Shown piece after piece: positions 38,567 through 48,707 of a DNA stretch of 64,000 bases; positions within the stretch are counted from its first letter, which is position 1; every line of letters starts with the position of its first letter. The translations under genes were made by a program, and so were the position numbers. Origin of the DNA: Bdellovibrionales bacterium (GTDB lineage: Bacteria > Bdellovibrionota > Bdellovibrionia > Bdellovibrionales > JAUICD01); contig CBDANC010000014.1 of the NCBI GenBank assembly GCA_965197425.1, positions 235,088-299,087 of the forward strand. The letters run 5' to 3'. The notes below the pieces were generated by a model. It worked only from the letters and a program-made list of their open reading frames with translations. It did not search any database and had not been told where the DNA came from.

Positions 38567-38958
38567 TATTATCAGTAATAATTGCCCTATCTTTGGAAGG
38601 ACATATATATAATGACATAATCAAAACTAAATCCAAAGAAGAGCTAGGCAGTCTGATAGAAGTATTAGAAAAAGGCAACCTTTATAAAACAGGCTGTATT
38701 GCGGAATTAGCAAAAAATCAATTTCCAACAAATTGTATACATTTTTTAAAGATAATAGAATCATCCAAATATAAAGACAAACTTGGAACTAAAAAAGCCA
38801 AAAGTGAAATAAAAAGCTACTGTGCTAAAAAAGACCTTGTTTTTAAGCTTGAAGGTGGTTCAGATTTAGATGACAGTTTTAAAAAAGAATATCCAAAATG
38901 TTTTGAAAGGTACTCCGAAAAGCTAATGGATATTAAATACAAAAAATCAAAGAACTAA
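38563..38958 (+). CDS. hypothetical Cys-containing small protein
   Basis: 131-aa ORF. ATGA overlap with the previous ORF and abuts uppP. No recognised motif. Confidence 0.5.
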   Translation: MILSVIIALSLEGHIYNDIIKTKSKEELGSLIEVLEKGNLYKTGCIAELAKNQFPTNCIHFLKIIESSKYKDKLGTKKAKSEIKSYCAKKDLVFKLEGGSDLDDSFKKEYPKCFERYSEKLMDIKYKKSKN

Positions 38959-39784
38959 TGTATCCTGACATATTAAAATCCATTTTATTAGGTATAATTC
39001 AAGGAATAACTGAGTTTTTACCAATATCTAGCTCCGGACATCTAACACTAGCACAACATTTTTTGGGTATTTATAAAGAAACAATACAATTTGATATAGT
39101 TGTGCATTTTGCAACTTTGTTGTCGGTATTTACGGTTATGAGAGGAGTTTTAATAAAGCTTTTTTATCTCATATTAGAAGATATAAAGAGTCGAAACTTT
39201 ACTGGTACTGGCCTCCTGCTTTTATATAAAATCATTGTGGCAACAATCCCTGTTGGCTTAGTTGGTGTGTTTTTTAGAGGTAATATAGAATCTCTTTTTA
39301 ACAATCTTACTGTAGTGGCTTTAGCATTTTGCTTTACTGGAATATTATTGCTGTCCACAAAAATTTATGAAAACATTCGAATTCCGTAGATGCCGGAGAT
39401 ATTGAAGATATTAAGGACATAAACTTTATGCAAAGCTTTATTGTTGGGATTTTTCAAATGATAGCCATTATACCTGGTGTTAGTAGATCTGGGACTTCTA
39501 TTGTCGGTGGAATGATGACCAAGATGAGTAATTTAACTAGTGTTTATTTTAGCTTCATTATATCAATACCTGCAATTTTAGGGGCTACGGTGTTAGAAAT
39601 AAAAAAAATGGCCATATCACCATCTGATGTAGACATTTGGTTTTTAGCCGCTGGATTTTTAGCAGCATATATATCTGGTGTTGTGGGTTTGACACTAGTG
39701 GTGAAAATTGCAAAAAACAAAAAACTATTCTACTTTACACCTTACCTTGTTATCTTGGGGCTGATATTATTGATATTTTTTTAA
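38958..39784 (+). pseudogene. uppP: undecaprenyl-diphosphatase UppP/BacA, split by a frameshift near 39380-39390
   Basis: The N-terminal ORF 38958..39389 has GIIQGITEFLPISSSGHL. The C-terminal ORF carries IPGVSRSGTSIVGG in a different frame that is already open from 39389 (DAGDIEDIKDINFMQSF...). Together they are collinear with full-length UppP. Confidence 0.75.
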
Positions 39785-39809
39785 AATTCTGAAATAAAAA
39801 AGGTGAATC

Positions 39810-40946
39810 ATGGAGAAGTTTGAAACTAGAGCTATTAGAAATGCACAAAACCCTGACTCTACTAGTGGTGCAATTGTAACACCTATAACTCTATCCACTA
39901 CATATGTTCAACAATCTCCTGGCGTTCATAAAGGTTATGATTATTCTAGAAGTGGCAATCCAACCAGAAAAGCTTATGAAGATTGCTTAGCAAGTTTAGA
40001 GTCTGGACAATATGGATTTTCATTTGCTTCTGGTTGTTCTGCACTAACTACAATCCTACATTTGCTAAAAACAGGAGATCATTTAATAGCAGTAGACGAT
40101 ATATATGGTGGAACCTTTAGAATTTTTGAAAAAGTCATAAAAAATAATGGTATTTCAACTACATTTTGTGATCTAACAAATCCAGAAAATTTGTTAAATG
40201 CATTAACAGATAAAACCAAAATGATTTGGGTTGAAACTCCAACTAATCCACAACTAAAGCTTGTCGATATTAAAAAAATATCCCAACTAAAACCAAAAGA
40301 AGTGCTACTTGGAGTGGATAATACTTTTATGAGCCCCTTTTTCCAAAGACCTTTAGAGGTGGGCGCTGACATATCCTATAACTCAACTTCCAAATATATC
40401 TCCGGTCATAATGATGTAATAGGTGGCTTCGCCACGGTAAATAACCAGGATTTAGCTGACAAAATTGCTTTTTTACAAAATGCCATAGGTGCCGTGCCAT
40501 CAGTATTCGACTGCTATATGTGTCTTAGGAGTTTGAAAACTTTAGCCGTTAGGATGAAACAACACGAGAAAAACGCCCTTACAGTAGCGTCTTTTTTGGA
40601 AAATCACCCTAAAATAGAAAAGGCCTATTATCCAGGACTTAAAAGCCACCCACAACATGAATTGGCAAAACAACAAATGGATGGATTCTCAGGAATGATT
40701 AGCTTTCTATTAAAATCAAGCAATGTAACTAAGTTTCTAGAAGAATTAAACCTGTTTTATTTAGCAGAAAGCCTAGGAAGCGTAATATCTCTGGTGGATC
40801 ACCCAGCTACTATGACGCATGCCAGTATGCCTATTGAAGCACGAAGATCTTTAGGAATTTTGGATAATTTAATTCGTTTGAGTGTAGGTATAGAAGATGC
40901 TCAGGATTTAACCGACGATCTAGATCGTGCTCTACAAATATCTTAA
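39810..40946 (+). CDS. Cys/Met-metabolism PLP-dependent enzyme (cystathionine gamma-lyase / beta-lyase / gamma-synthase family)
   Basis: YDYSRSGNPTR, VDNTFMSPFFQRPLEVGADISYNSTSKYISGH (PLP Lys), ESLGSVISLVDHPATMTH. Confidence 0.88.
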   Translation: MEKFETRAIRNAQNPDSTSGAIVTPITLSTTYVQQSPGVHKGYDYSRSGNPTRKAYEDCLASLESGQYGFSFASGCSALTTILHLLKTGDHLIAVDDIYGGTFRIFEKVIKNNGISTTFCDLTNPENLLNALTDKTKMIWVETPTNPQLKLVDIKKISQLKPKEVLLGVDNTFMSPFFQRPLEVGADISYNSTSKYISGHNDVIGGFATVNNQDLADKIAFLQNAIGAVPSVFDCYMCLRSLKTLAVRMKQHEKNALTVASFLENHPKIEKAYYPGLKSHPQHELAKQQMDGFSGMISFLLKSSNVTKFLEELNLFYLAESLGSVISLVDHPATMTHASMPIEARRSLGILDNLIRLSVGIEDAQDLTDDLDRALQIS

Positions 40947-41085
40947 GCCAAAAATGATATATAAAAGAGTTTATAAATAGTTTGTATATACTGGTTTGCA
41001 TATATTAGAAGTTTTGTACTGTCCTATATATAGGGTATTTTGTTATGACTGTTGTTATGCAGATTTTCATGGTCAGCATCAAAAT

Positions 41086-41161
<76 letters not shown>

Positions 41162-41177
41162 CACACACCACACAACA

Positions 41178-41945
41178 TCAACAATCAGCAGGAGCTCCAC
41201 TTAGCAGTGCCTCAGGCAAATTGTCATCAGGAGGGGTCAAGAAGTAAACCCCCAACACAGCTTTGACAAATGCTTTGTCTATATAAGAAAACTTTAAATC
41301 ACCGTCCACAAGAAAGTTCATTTTATTCCCAACTAATTGCAGTGACACCTTCTGCCCTTTTTTTATGTCCATAAAAACCGTATCAAGACCAGAAGTTTTA
41401 TGCATCTGTTCAACATCTGAAATCCCCTGTTCTTCTAAACCACGCTTCCATTCCCATGAATCACGAAGCGAATCTTTATCAACATCTCTTACAAAATACA
41501 TGTCTATCTGTTTATAAGAATCAGAGTTTATTAACTGATATGGATCAAAAGAAGAATCATTTGTATAAAAGGCAGCTATATAAACATCCACAGTTAAACC
41601 AAATTTTCTGGCCTGTCTTAACCCCACTCCCTTTAGATTGAGAGTAGCACCATCTACCCTTAAGTCATTAGGCATATCAGGCACATCAGCTTCACACAAT
41701 TTGTCAGTGCTACCAGCTACATTTGTACTGAGAATACTACTAATGGAACGATCTGCATCGTCATCATTTGGACCACAAATTAAATGGCTATAATTGGACG
41801 ATATTATCATTATTCCCACAGCACTGCACAAAATAACCGCAGAGAAAAAACATGTCACAAGCAAGAACATGCGGCCTGTAAAAAAACTTTTACATACATT
41901 TTTATCACTTTTCTTTTCTGAAAACATCATACCCAAATCCCCCAC
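41178..41945 (-). CDS. membrane-anchored chalcone-isomerase-like family protein
   Basis: N-terminal TM segment, then LNLKGVGLRQARKFGLTVDVYIAAFY, typical of bacterial CHI-like proteins. Confidence 0.5.
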   Translation of the reverse strand: MGDLGMMFSEKKSDKNVCKSFFTGRMFLLVTCFFSAVILCSAVGIMIISSNYSHLICGPNDDDADRSISSILSTNVAGSTDKLCEADVPDMPNDLRVDGATLNLKGVGLRQARKFGLTVDVYIAAFYTNDSSFDPYQLINSDSYKQIDMYFVRDVDKDSLRDSWEWKRGLEEQGISDVEQMHKTSGLDTVFMDIKKGQKVSLQLVGNKMNFLVDGDLKFSYIDKAFVKAVLGVYFLTPPDDNLPEALLSGAPADC

Positions 41946-42118
41946 TAAAAACCTTAGCTAGCTTGTATTTGAAACACAAAACATATGTGTATCAGTACAC
42001 ATAATTGGTTTTTATAGCATTTATAACATCAGTATATTAAACAATATGGAGTAATTCTATAGAACAAGCAAATATGTTGAATTTTTTACTAACAAGCTGT
42101 TTAAAAGTATTAAAAATA

Positions 42119-42523
42119 TTACTGCGAAATAACGGACATTGCTACCTTGTTTACGCCTGCTTTTTTCAATGAATCCATCACTGAAATAACAACACCATGG
42201 GAAACATTTTTATCAGCAGATATCACGGCGTATATTTCCAAGTCCCCTTCCACTAAATTGTGAACCTTATAGACTAAGTCATCAGTATTTGTACCTTCAC
42301 CGTTTAACAACACAACACCATTTGGATCTATTGAGATATTCAAAGTTGATTTAGCTATTTCCTCTCCTGTACCAGCCTTTGGAAGTTCAATCATAATTGA
42401 AGGTGATATTATCAATGAAGAAGTAAGCATAAAAATTATAAGAACAACTAAAATAATATCTACAAAGGGAGTTACATTGATTGTGGATATTGGTTCATCA
42501 TCCTGATCTAGGCTAGATGCCAA
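42119..42523 (-). CDS. ExbD/TolR-family protein
   Basis: INVTPFVDIILVVLIIFML, with a periplasmic domain ending VVISADKNVSHGVVISVMD. Confidence 0.85.
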   Translation of the reverse strand: MASSLDQDDEPISTINVTPFVDIILVVLIIFMLTSSLIISPSIMIELPKAGTGEEIAKSTLNISIDPNGVVLLNGEGTNTDDLVYKVHNLVEGDLEIYAVISADKNVSHGVVISVMDSLKKAGVNKVAMSVISQ

Positions 42524-42524
42524 A

Positions 42525-43199
42525 TCAACCTCCTGTGTTGTCTTTTACTTTTTTTTGTACGGAAAATTTCTTTTGATAATGATACACTACACAAAATTCT
42601 TTTAAAGCATCCAGACTACTTAAAATATATTTTACTTTTTTTTGAAAAATATTGAAGGCAATAACCGCAGGTATTGCAACAAATAATCCTACTGCAGTTG
42701 CTACTAAGGCTTCTGCTATTCCACTCATAACTGCTTGAGTACTAGACATTGATCCTTCTGCTTGTGCCAAACCTAAATCCTTAAAAGCCTTCATAATTCC
42801 CAACACTGTACCCAAAAGACCAATAAAAGGTGCGTTGGATCCTATGGTTGCAAGTGCAGACAAACCTCTTTCAAAAATAGACTTATTGGTCAATATAAAT
42901 GAATCAAAGGCTTCCCTTATCCCGTCTGGATTTATCTGATCACTAAGAACAATATTGAGTGCTTTTGAATGAAGTGTGTCTTCTGATTTTAAAGAATCTA
43001 AAACATCAAAACTTTTATAGCGAAGTATGTCTCTAATTCTTTCATTCATCCTTTCGCTGTCTTTCCTTAAACTTCGTAGTGTCATTACTCTCTCAATCAT
43101 GACAGCTACACTGTAAATGGACATAACTATTAGCAAATACAGGATTGCCTCCGCACCTCCATTTGCTACTACAAAAAATTTTTCAGTAAGATTAAACAT
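42525..43199 (-). CDS. MotA/TolQ/ExbB proton-channel protein
   Basis: LATIGSNAPFIGLLGTVLGIMKAF, AEALVATAVGLFVAIPAVIAFN. Confidence 0.88.
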   Translation of the reverse strand: MFNLTEKFFVVANGGAEAILYLLIVMSIYSVAVMIERVMTLRSLRKDSERMNERIRDILRYKSFDVLDSLKSEDTLHSKALNIVLSDQINPDGIREAFDSFILTNKSIFERGLSALATIGSNAPFIGLLGTVLGIMKAFKDLGLAQAEGSMSSTQAVMSGIAEALVATAVGLFVAIPAVIAFNIFQKKVKYILSSLDALKEFCVVYHYQKKFSVQKKVKDNTGG

Positions 43200-43288
43200 G
43201 AAAGCTATAGACTCCTGAACCCAAAAATAACATAGTTTAATTTAAGAATGTACAGTTTAAATCTTAAATATATTAAGCTAAACTAAAG

Positions 43289-45061
43289 ATGCATTTGAAG
43301 ATTTTAAAATACATACTATTAACTATATTGCTGACTCAGTCTTCATGTGTGTTTATAAACAAAACCCCATATCCTTCTGTGCTTATAATTGCAATTGACT
43401 CTCTAAAACATGACGACATCTCATGTTCAAGCGTAGATGAAACTAGGCTTTTGTACGGGTTTTATGGATTATGCCAAAACTCATTTAAATTTAACAATGC
43501 TATTACAACTAGTGTGTTATCCGCTCCTGCAATGGCATCTATATTGACAGCTATGTACCCTTATAAACATGGACTAATCCACAACGGAAATCAATTTTTG
43601 TCAGCAGAAGTTGAAACCATACCAGAGCTTTTGATTTCAAAAGGAATCAAAACTAGTTTTTTTTCAGGAGGAGCTCCTATTTGGAGAAAGTTAGGGTTAG
43701 CTCAGGGATTTGAAGTATTTAATGATTACATATCTATTAGCAACGACAGAGTGTTCAGAAAAGCATCTGAAAATGTAAGTCTTTTTCTTTCATGGCTACA
43801 AAACATTAACACAAGCTTTTTTTCTGTACTCTATTTTCCTGATCTACAATTTCCTGATAATTTTAATCAAGCAAGAGAAGAGCATATAGCTTATAGATTG
43901 GAAGAAATTGACGAAGCCTTAGGAAATTTACAAAAAAACTTACAGGAGTTAAACAGATGGAATAACACAATTGTTATACTAGTTGGACTAAACGGTAGAA
44001 CAAAACTAAAACGACCAAATGAACTAGAGCCACTCAAACTTTTTGTTGATAATTTTAAAGTGGCTCTTTTTGTAAAGCCACAATCCAAAAGAAAAGATCG
44101 GGGAGTAAATATATATGTAGAAGATAATGTAAATCTCATTGATTTAGGAAGTTATATTCTACAAGCTTACAATATCACCAATACAAGAGAAGAGCTATTT
44201 CATGAACCAATAGACATAAAAAAAATGTTTGATAATAAAACCATACACCCAACAAAAAAAAGAAAACTTCTAATAGAATCTGCTTGGGGATATTGGAAGT
44301 TAGATGGAAAAACAAGATTTGGACTATTAGAGCAAGAAAAACTAACCCTAAACCAATCTAAAAATTCACAATATGATATTTGGATAGATCGAATGCAAAG
44401 ATCACCAGTGGATAGTGAAAGGTATGAAAGTTATAAAGCTTTAAAGTCTGATTTGGATATGTTTTTGTCAAGCAATGGGCTAGAACAATTTGTATATCCT
44501 GATAACAACATAATTCAAAAATATATGATTGCCTCTGAAATTTTTAAAGATGGGAAAATACTATCAGAACTTGAAGCATATTCCTATGGCAATCCAGAAG
44601 ACATTGAGGCTAAAAATTGGATAGCTTATTGGGCACTAAAACTAAAAAACTGGGAGCTTCTTTTAAGAATGTCTAAAGAGCTTAAACAACCAATATGGCA
44701 TCATGTGGCTTTAACACATTTAAATAGACCGACTAACATTGAAGATCCTTGTTGGGATTTATTAAATTCAGAAAGACAAACAGAGACCAGCTGTAAGGAC
44801 ATAAAGTTTTCAAACTTTGCTTTTTGGATCAAACATGATAAACAAAAATCAACATTAGCCACATATTACAAAAGTATCTTTATAAAGATGTACAAAAAAC
44901 ATATTATTCATGAGAAAATTGCAAGGCTTAATTGGTATAACTATAATATATGGAATGTAGAAAGCACAGGGTACTTAAGACCTTTTTTAGTTGATCTGGT
45001 ACTTTCACTGCCAGAGTATAGAGAATATAGATTGCAAATTTTAGATCACTTAAAACCCTAA
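43289..45061 (+). CDS. alkaline-phosphatase-superfamily protein (type I phosphodiesterase/NPP-like N-domain) with a long C-terminal extension
   Basis: Signal peptide; VLIIAIDSLKHDD and SAPAMASILTAMYPYKHGL resemble the NPP motif (T/S)xPxxxSIxTGxYPxxHG. The 300-aa C-terminal region is unassigned. Confidence 0.6.
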   Translation: MHLKILKYILLTILLTQSSCVFINKTPYPSVLIIAIDSLKHDDISCSSVDETRLLYGFYGLCQNSFKFNNAITTSVLSAPAMASILTAMYPYKHGLIHNGNQFLSAEVETIPELLISKGIKTSFFSGGAPIWRKLGLAQGFEVFNDYISISNDRVFRKASENVSLFLSWLQNINTSFFSVLYFPDLQFPDNFNQAREEHIAYRLEEIDEALGNLQKNLQELNRWNNTIVILVGLNGRTKLKRPNELEPLKLFVDNFKVALFVKPQSKRKDRGVNIYVEDNVNLIDLGSYILQAYNITNTREELFHEPIDIKKMFDNKTIHPTKKRKLLIESAWGYWKLDGKTRFGLLEQEKLTLNQSKNSQYDIWIDRMQRSPVDSERYESYKALKSDLDMFLSSNGLEQFVYPDNNIIQKYMIASEIFKDGKILSELEAYSYGNPEDIEAKNWIAYWALKLKNWELLLRMSKELKQPIWHHVALTHLNRPTNIEDPCWDLLNSERQTETSCKDIKFSNFAFWIKHDKQKSTLATYYKSIFIKMYKKHIIHEKIARLNWYNYNIWNVESTGYLRPFLVDLVLSLPEYREYRLQILDHLKP

Positions 45062-45165
45062 AGGTCTTCCGAACGAGGCAAAAAATAAGGAGGCTTCGCC
45101 TACTTTTTTTTGACGAGTGGTTGTTCCCTGGTAGACCTCACAGCTGATCCATCCTTACATAGCAA

Positions 45166-45840
45166 TCAAAATTCAACTACTCCAAGCCAAAAAGGATTTT
45201 CACCATCTGAAGATAAAATTTTACTAGCATTATCCAAGGTAACCTTTGAAAGGTCTAAATCCATTAGTTGTGGATCAAAATAATTTCCCAACAATAAAAT
45301 TAATTTATCATTTGAAATCCCTTTAATACTACCTGGAATTACATATTCATTAGCATTTAATCCAACCAATTCCAATGGAAGTGGTACTGTCTTATCTTTA
45401 TTTTGGGATTGTACAGATAGAGGAACACATGTTTGGAGTGGAAAAGATCTGTCGTCTTTATAAAGAATTAAACAAAATCCTTTTGTTGAAAACCAGATAA
45501 GCTCATTTTTAGATCTCGCCATGACAAATGTTTCCACTCCACAGCTATATTCATTTTCATTGAATTCTGAATATATTCTTTGTGAGGCTAAAATTATTGA
45601 CATTCTTATGTTGTTTGCCTCCGTAGATAAAGTAGGAATACGAGGAAAAGGGCTGGTAGCACCACTGTCTGCACAAGCTCCCCCGTAATAGTCTACAACA
45701 GAATTTATAAAAGCTTCAGATGCTCCGTTATCACCCCAAACATTACTAACAATAATTAAATTTAACTTCTCATCTAAAAAGACTGTTGGCTTTGGAAGCT
45801 TTACTTTATTTCCTATAAAAGATCGATATTCTATTTTCAT
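45166..45840 (-). CDS. hypothetical protein, possibly a degenerate SpoIIE/PP2C-like fold (weak)
   Basis: Last gene of the FHA operon, with a 4-nt overlap. LIIVSNVWGDNGASEAF ... ELIWFSTKGFCLILYKDD ... DKLILLLGNYFD follow the spacing of PP2C/SpoIIE blocks but lack the usual metal-binding Asp pattern. Confidence 0.6.
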   Translation of the reverse strand: MKIEYRSFIGNKVKLPKPTVFLDEKLNLIIVSNVWGDNGASEAFINSVVDYYGGACADSGATSPFPRIPTLSTEANNIRMSIILASQRIYSEFNENEYSCGVETFVMARSKNELIWFSTKGFCLILYKDDRSFPLQTCVPLSVQSQNKDKTVPLPLELVGLNANEYVIPGSIKGISNDKLILLLGNYFDPQLMDLDLSKVTLDNASKILSSDGENPFWLGVVEF

Positions 45841-47813
45841 AAACCATATTTTTTTAATTTTATTTTAGCTTTTTTCATATACTCACCATCGGGTATATCC
45901 ATTGTTGTAATTTGTTTCCACTTGCCTTTAGCCGATTCTAAATTGCCCATATTCTCTTCCAAAATAGCATCTTGAAATAGTGCTCTGGTTTTCTTTCGCA
46001 ACTCTGCAGTATAACTTGTTATCTTTTCTCTGGATTCTTGATGATTTGGATCTAGATATAAATTCTTTCTTAGATTCAAAATAGCTCTTTTGTAATTTCC
46101 TGTCCTTGCGCTACTATTTGCATTTCTAATATTGGCCTTAATTGTATTACCAATCGAAGATTTTATTTTAGATATTTCTACTTTTGATTTTGCTTTAAGA
46201 TTTTTAGGATCTAAGTAGCTAGAATTTATATGCTTATTATAGGCATCTATAGCATCTAACAATCTGTTTCTTGAATGCAAGTTTTTTGCTTTCTTATATA
46301 AATTTTCACCCATTCTTATACTTACAGCCCGTCTGTTTCTAGAAGCCTCTTGAGATTTTTTATCAGCAATATTTTTGTCTACCTTCTGAAGAATAATCTG
46401 CATTCTTGCATTGTCAGGATCGATAGACGCTACTTCTTCTAGACAACTTTGAACCCCTGATTTATTCAATGACCCCTCAGATAATTTTTCACATCTAACT
46501 AAAATAGACTCAACTTTCTGTTTAAGCATATTTTGTTCTTTTTCCATTTTGACGATTTCTTCTTGTTGCTTCAAGGTTTCAATAGCGCTCAAACTTAAAT
46601 TTTCAATCATTTTAGAATCTTTATAGCCAGGAATCAAATCGTGTATTTTTTGGATCTCTGAAAGAGCAATATTATACTTACTATCCTTATACATCTTATT
46701 GGCCAGTGCGTAGCTATTTATAACAAGCTGTTTTTGCATATCAGTCAGTATATCGAATGGAGTCTTGGTAACTTGACTCTGATTTACAGCTGCAACAGAT
46801 CTATCTTGAGTTTTTGATTTTTCTTCACCTTCCATCAAATAGAACACCACTATTAATATGATAACTGAAGCAACAATTAATACTTTTTTATTTTGTTTAG
46901 GTTTTTGCACTGGAATTCTCACAGCTCCGCCTGCCCCTGATCCATCTGAATATTCATCCATAAAATCAGAAGAACCCGGTGCAATAGCTACAAGCTGCTT
47001 TTCAATGTTTGAATCTTTAAGCTCGAATTGAATGTTTAAAAATTTAACTCTAATCAAACTTCCAGAAACTAATTCAACTTCCCTATTGGGAGTTAAATTT
47101 ACCCCATTTACATTAGTTCCATGAGAACTATTAAGATCAGTTATGTAGTATTTTGAATTATCCTTTCTAACTTCAAAATGCTGATTGTTTAAATATTGAG
47201 AATTTATCTTTACATCACAATTATCTGTTTTCCCAAATATCCATTTGTCGCCATCAAGCTCAACAGTCTTTTTTATCTCTCCAATACTTATGGTTATAAA
47301 TGGTTTTATACTGAAAGAATCCAACTCTAGTTCTTGCGTGACTTCTTCTTTTGACTCCTCTTCTTGATAAAGCTCTTCTTCTTGACAAGATTCTTTCGTA
47401 TGCTGTTCTTGTGATTCTAAAACAGGCTCATTATTTTCATCTTCGCATAAAGATTTTTCTTCATCTAAAGGTAATTCAGATTCTATAGACGACTCCGTCA
47501 TGACACTTTCGTTGGAGGTACTTGCTTCAACTATAAGTTTATATTTGTTTAAGTTAATTTCATAATTTGATTCAGGAATAATAACTTCTTTAACCGTATT
47601 TCCTTCATCATCTTCTAGGCAATCAAACCTAGACTTACAAACAACTTTCCAAGATCCATCTTCAAAAGAAAAAACTAGGTGTTCTCTTGAAATGGAATTT
47701 TCATCTATAACCATATTACAAGATTCTTGTCTTCCAACGGATATAGACTCATCTTCAGTCATATCAACTGATTTTAAGAGTTTGTTTTTTAAATATAAGC
47801 TTAGCTTTCTCAC
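45837..47813 (-). CDS. membrane protein with two cytoplasmic FHA domains, one TM and a C-terminal TPR/coiled-coil region
   Basis: FHA1: SVGRQESCNMVIDENSISREHLVF. FHA2: WIFGKTDNCDVKINSQYLNNQHFEV...DLNSSHGTNVNGV. TM: VLIVASVIILIVVFYLM. The C-terminal half is TPR-like. Confidence 0.8.
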   Translation of the reverse strand: MRKLSLYLKNKLLKSVDMTEDESISVGRQESCNMVIDENSISREHLVFSFEDGSWKVVCKSRFDCLEDDEGNTVKEVIIPESNYEINLNKYKLIVEASTSNESVMTESSIESELPLDEEKSLCEDENNEPVLESQEQHTKESCQEEELYQEEESKEEVTQELELDSFSIKPFITISIGEIKKTVELDGDKWIFGKTDNCDVKINSQYLNNQHFEVRKDNSKYYITDLNSSHGTNVNGVNLTPNREVELVSGSLIRVKFLNIQFELKDSNIEKQLVAIAPGSSDFMDEYSDGSGAGGAVRIPVQKPKQNKKVLIVASVIILIVVFYLMEGEEKSKTQDRSVAAVNQSQVTKTPFDILTDMQKQLVINSYALANKMYKDSKYNIALSEIQKIHDLIPGYKDSKMIENLSLSAIETLKQQEEIVKMEKEQNMLKQKVESILVRCEKLSEGSLNKSGVQSCLEEVASIDPDNARMQIILQKVDKNIADKKSQEASRNRRAVSIRMGENLYKKAKNLHSRNRLLDAIDAYNKHINSSYLDPKNLKAKSKVEISKIKSSIGNTIKANIRNANSSARTGNYKRAILNLRKNLYLDPNHQESREKITSYTAELRKKTRALFQDAILEENMGNLESAKGKWKQITTMDIPDGEYMKKAKIKLKKYGL

Positions 47814-48707
47814 CTAAAACTCTCCCTGGGCTCTTAGCAATAGATTTATCTCTTCTAATCTTGTTCTAGCTTCTTTTGCAAGAGCTCTATTGTTGTTACC
47901 AGTCAATATCAATATTTGTCTATATGCAGATATGGCTCTACTATATTGTCCTTTTTCGTAATAATCATTTGCTTCAGAAAGCGTAGACTGTATCAAATAA
48001 TCAAGCTTTGTTCTAGACTGCATTAAATATCTTTTTGCTAGCACATGATTTGGAAACAATGCCAACGCACCATTAAAATAATCTATTGATCTTACAAAAT
48101 TCTGCTCTCTATAATCTCTAAAGCCTTGAATAAATAAAGCCTGCGCTTCTTTATATTCCAGAGTATTCTTTTTGGTTTTAACCAATGATCTATAATGTTC
48201 TGAAGCTCTCTCTTCTATCGAAGCTAATCCTCTTTCGCTTTCATCTATCACATTGGTACTAGTGATAGCAGTACTTTTATCTTCTCCAGATAATAAAAGA
48301 TAAAAGAGCCCTGCTATCACAAAAATCACAGTATAGAACATTGCCTTTGAGTTGCCTTTTCTATTAGGCATAGAAATGCCTTTATAGCCTGCTATATTAG
48401 ATGTTTTGCTTAAGGCAGATTTGTTAACAAGTTTAAGGTTGGTGTTTCCCAGTTGAATTATAGACTCTGGTTCTAATATAGCATGGCTAGTATCTACACC
48501 ATTTACTACAATTTTATTTGCTGGACTTATTTTTTTTATATTAACGCTTCCAGGCTTTATATTTAAAATTGCGTGTTTTCTGGAAACCTTCACATCATTT
48601 AATATGATGTCATTAAATTTAGCTCTTCCAATTAACACAGAACTAGAGACAAGTTTGTACTCAACTCCTTTATCTTTTCCATTCATTATTTTGATAAAGT
48701 AACTCAC
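47814..48707 (-). CDS. FHA-domain membrane protein with a C-terminal TPR region
   Basis: VLIGRAKFNDIILNDVKVSRKHAIL...NKIVVNGV; TM MFYTVIFVIAGLFYLLL; TPR-like YYEKGQYSRAISAYRQIL. Confidence 0.82.
   Translation of the reverse strand: MSYFIKIMNGKDKGVEYKLVSSSVLIGRAKFNDIILNDVKVSRKHAILNIKPGSVNIKKISPANKIVVNGVDTSHAILEPESIIQLGNTNLKLVNKSALSKTSNIAGYKGISMPNRKGNSKAMFYTVIFVIAGLFYLLLSGEDKSTAITSTNVIDESERGLASIEERASEHYRSLVKTKKNTLEYKEAQALFIQGFRDYREQNFVRSIDYFNGALALFPNHVLAKRYLMQSRTKLDYLIQSTLSEANDYYEKGQYSRAISAYRQILILTGNNNRALAKEARTRLEEINLLLRAQGEF

Noticed and set aside
41162-41260. Integration hotspot or genomic-island boundary at the 3' end of tRNA-Phe
   Set aside because: I saw no integrase and no direct repeat of the tRNA 3' end. 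The adjacent genes are ordinary chromosomal genes.
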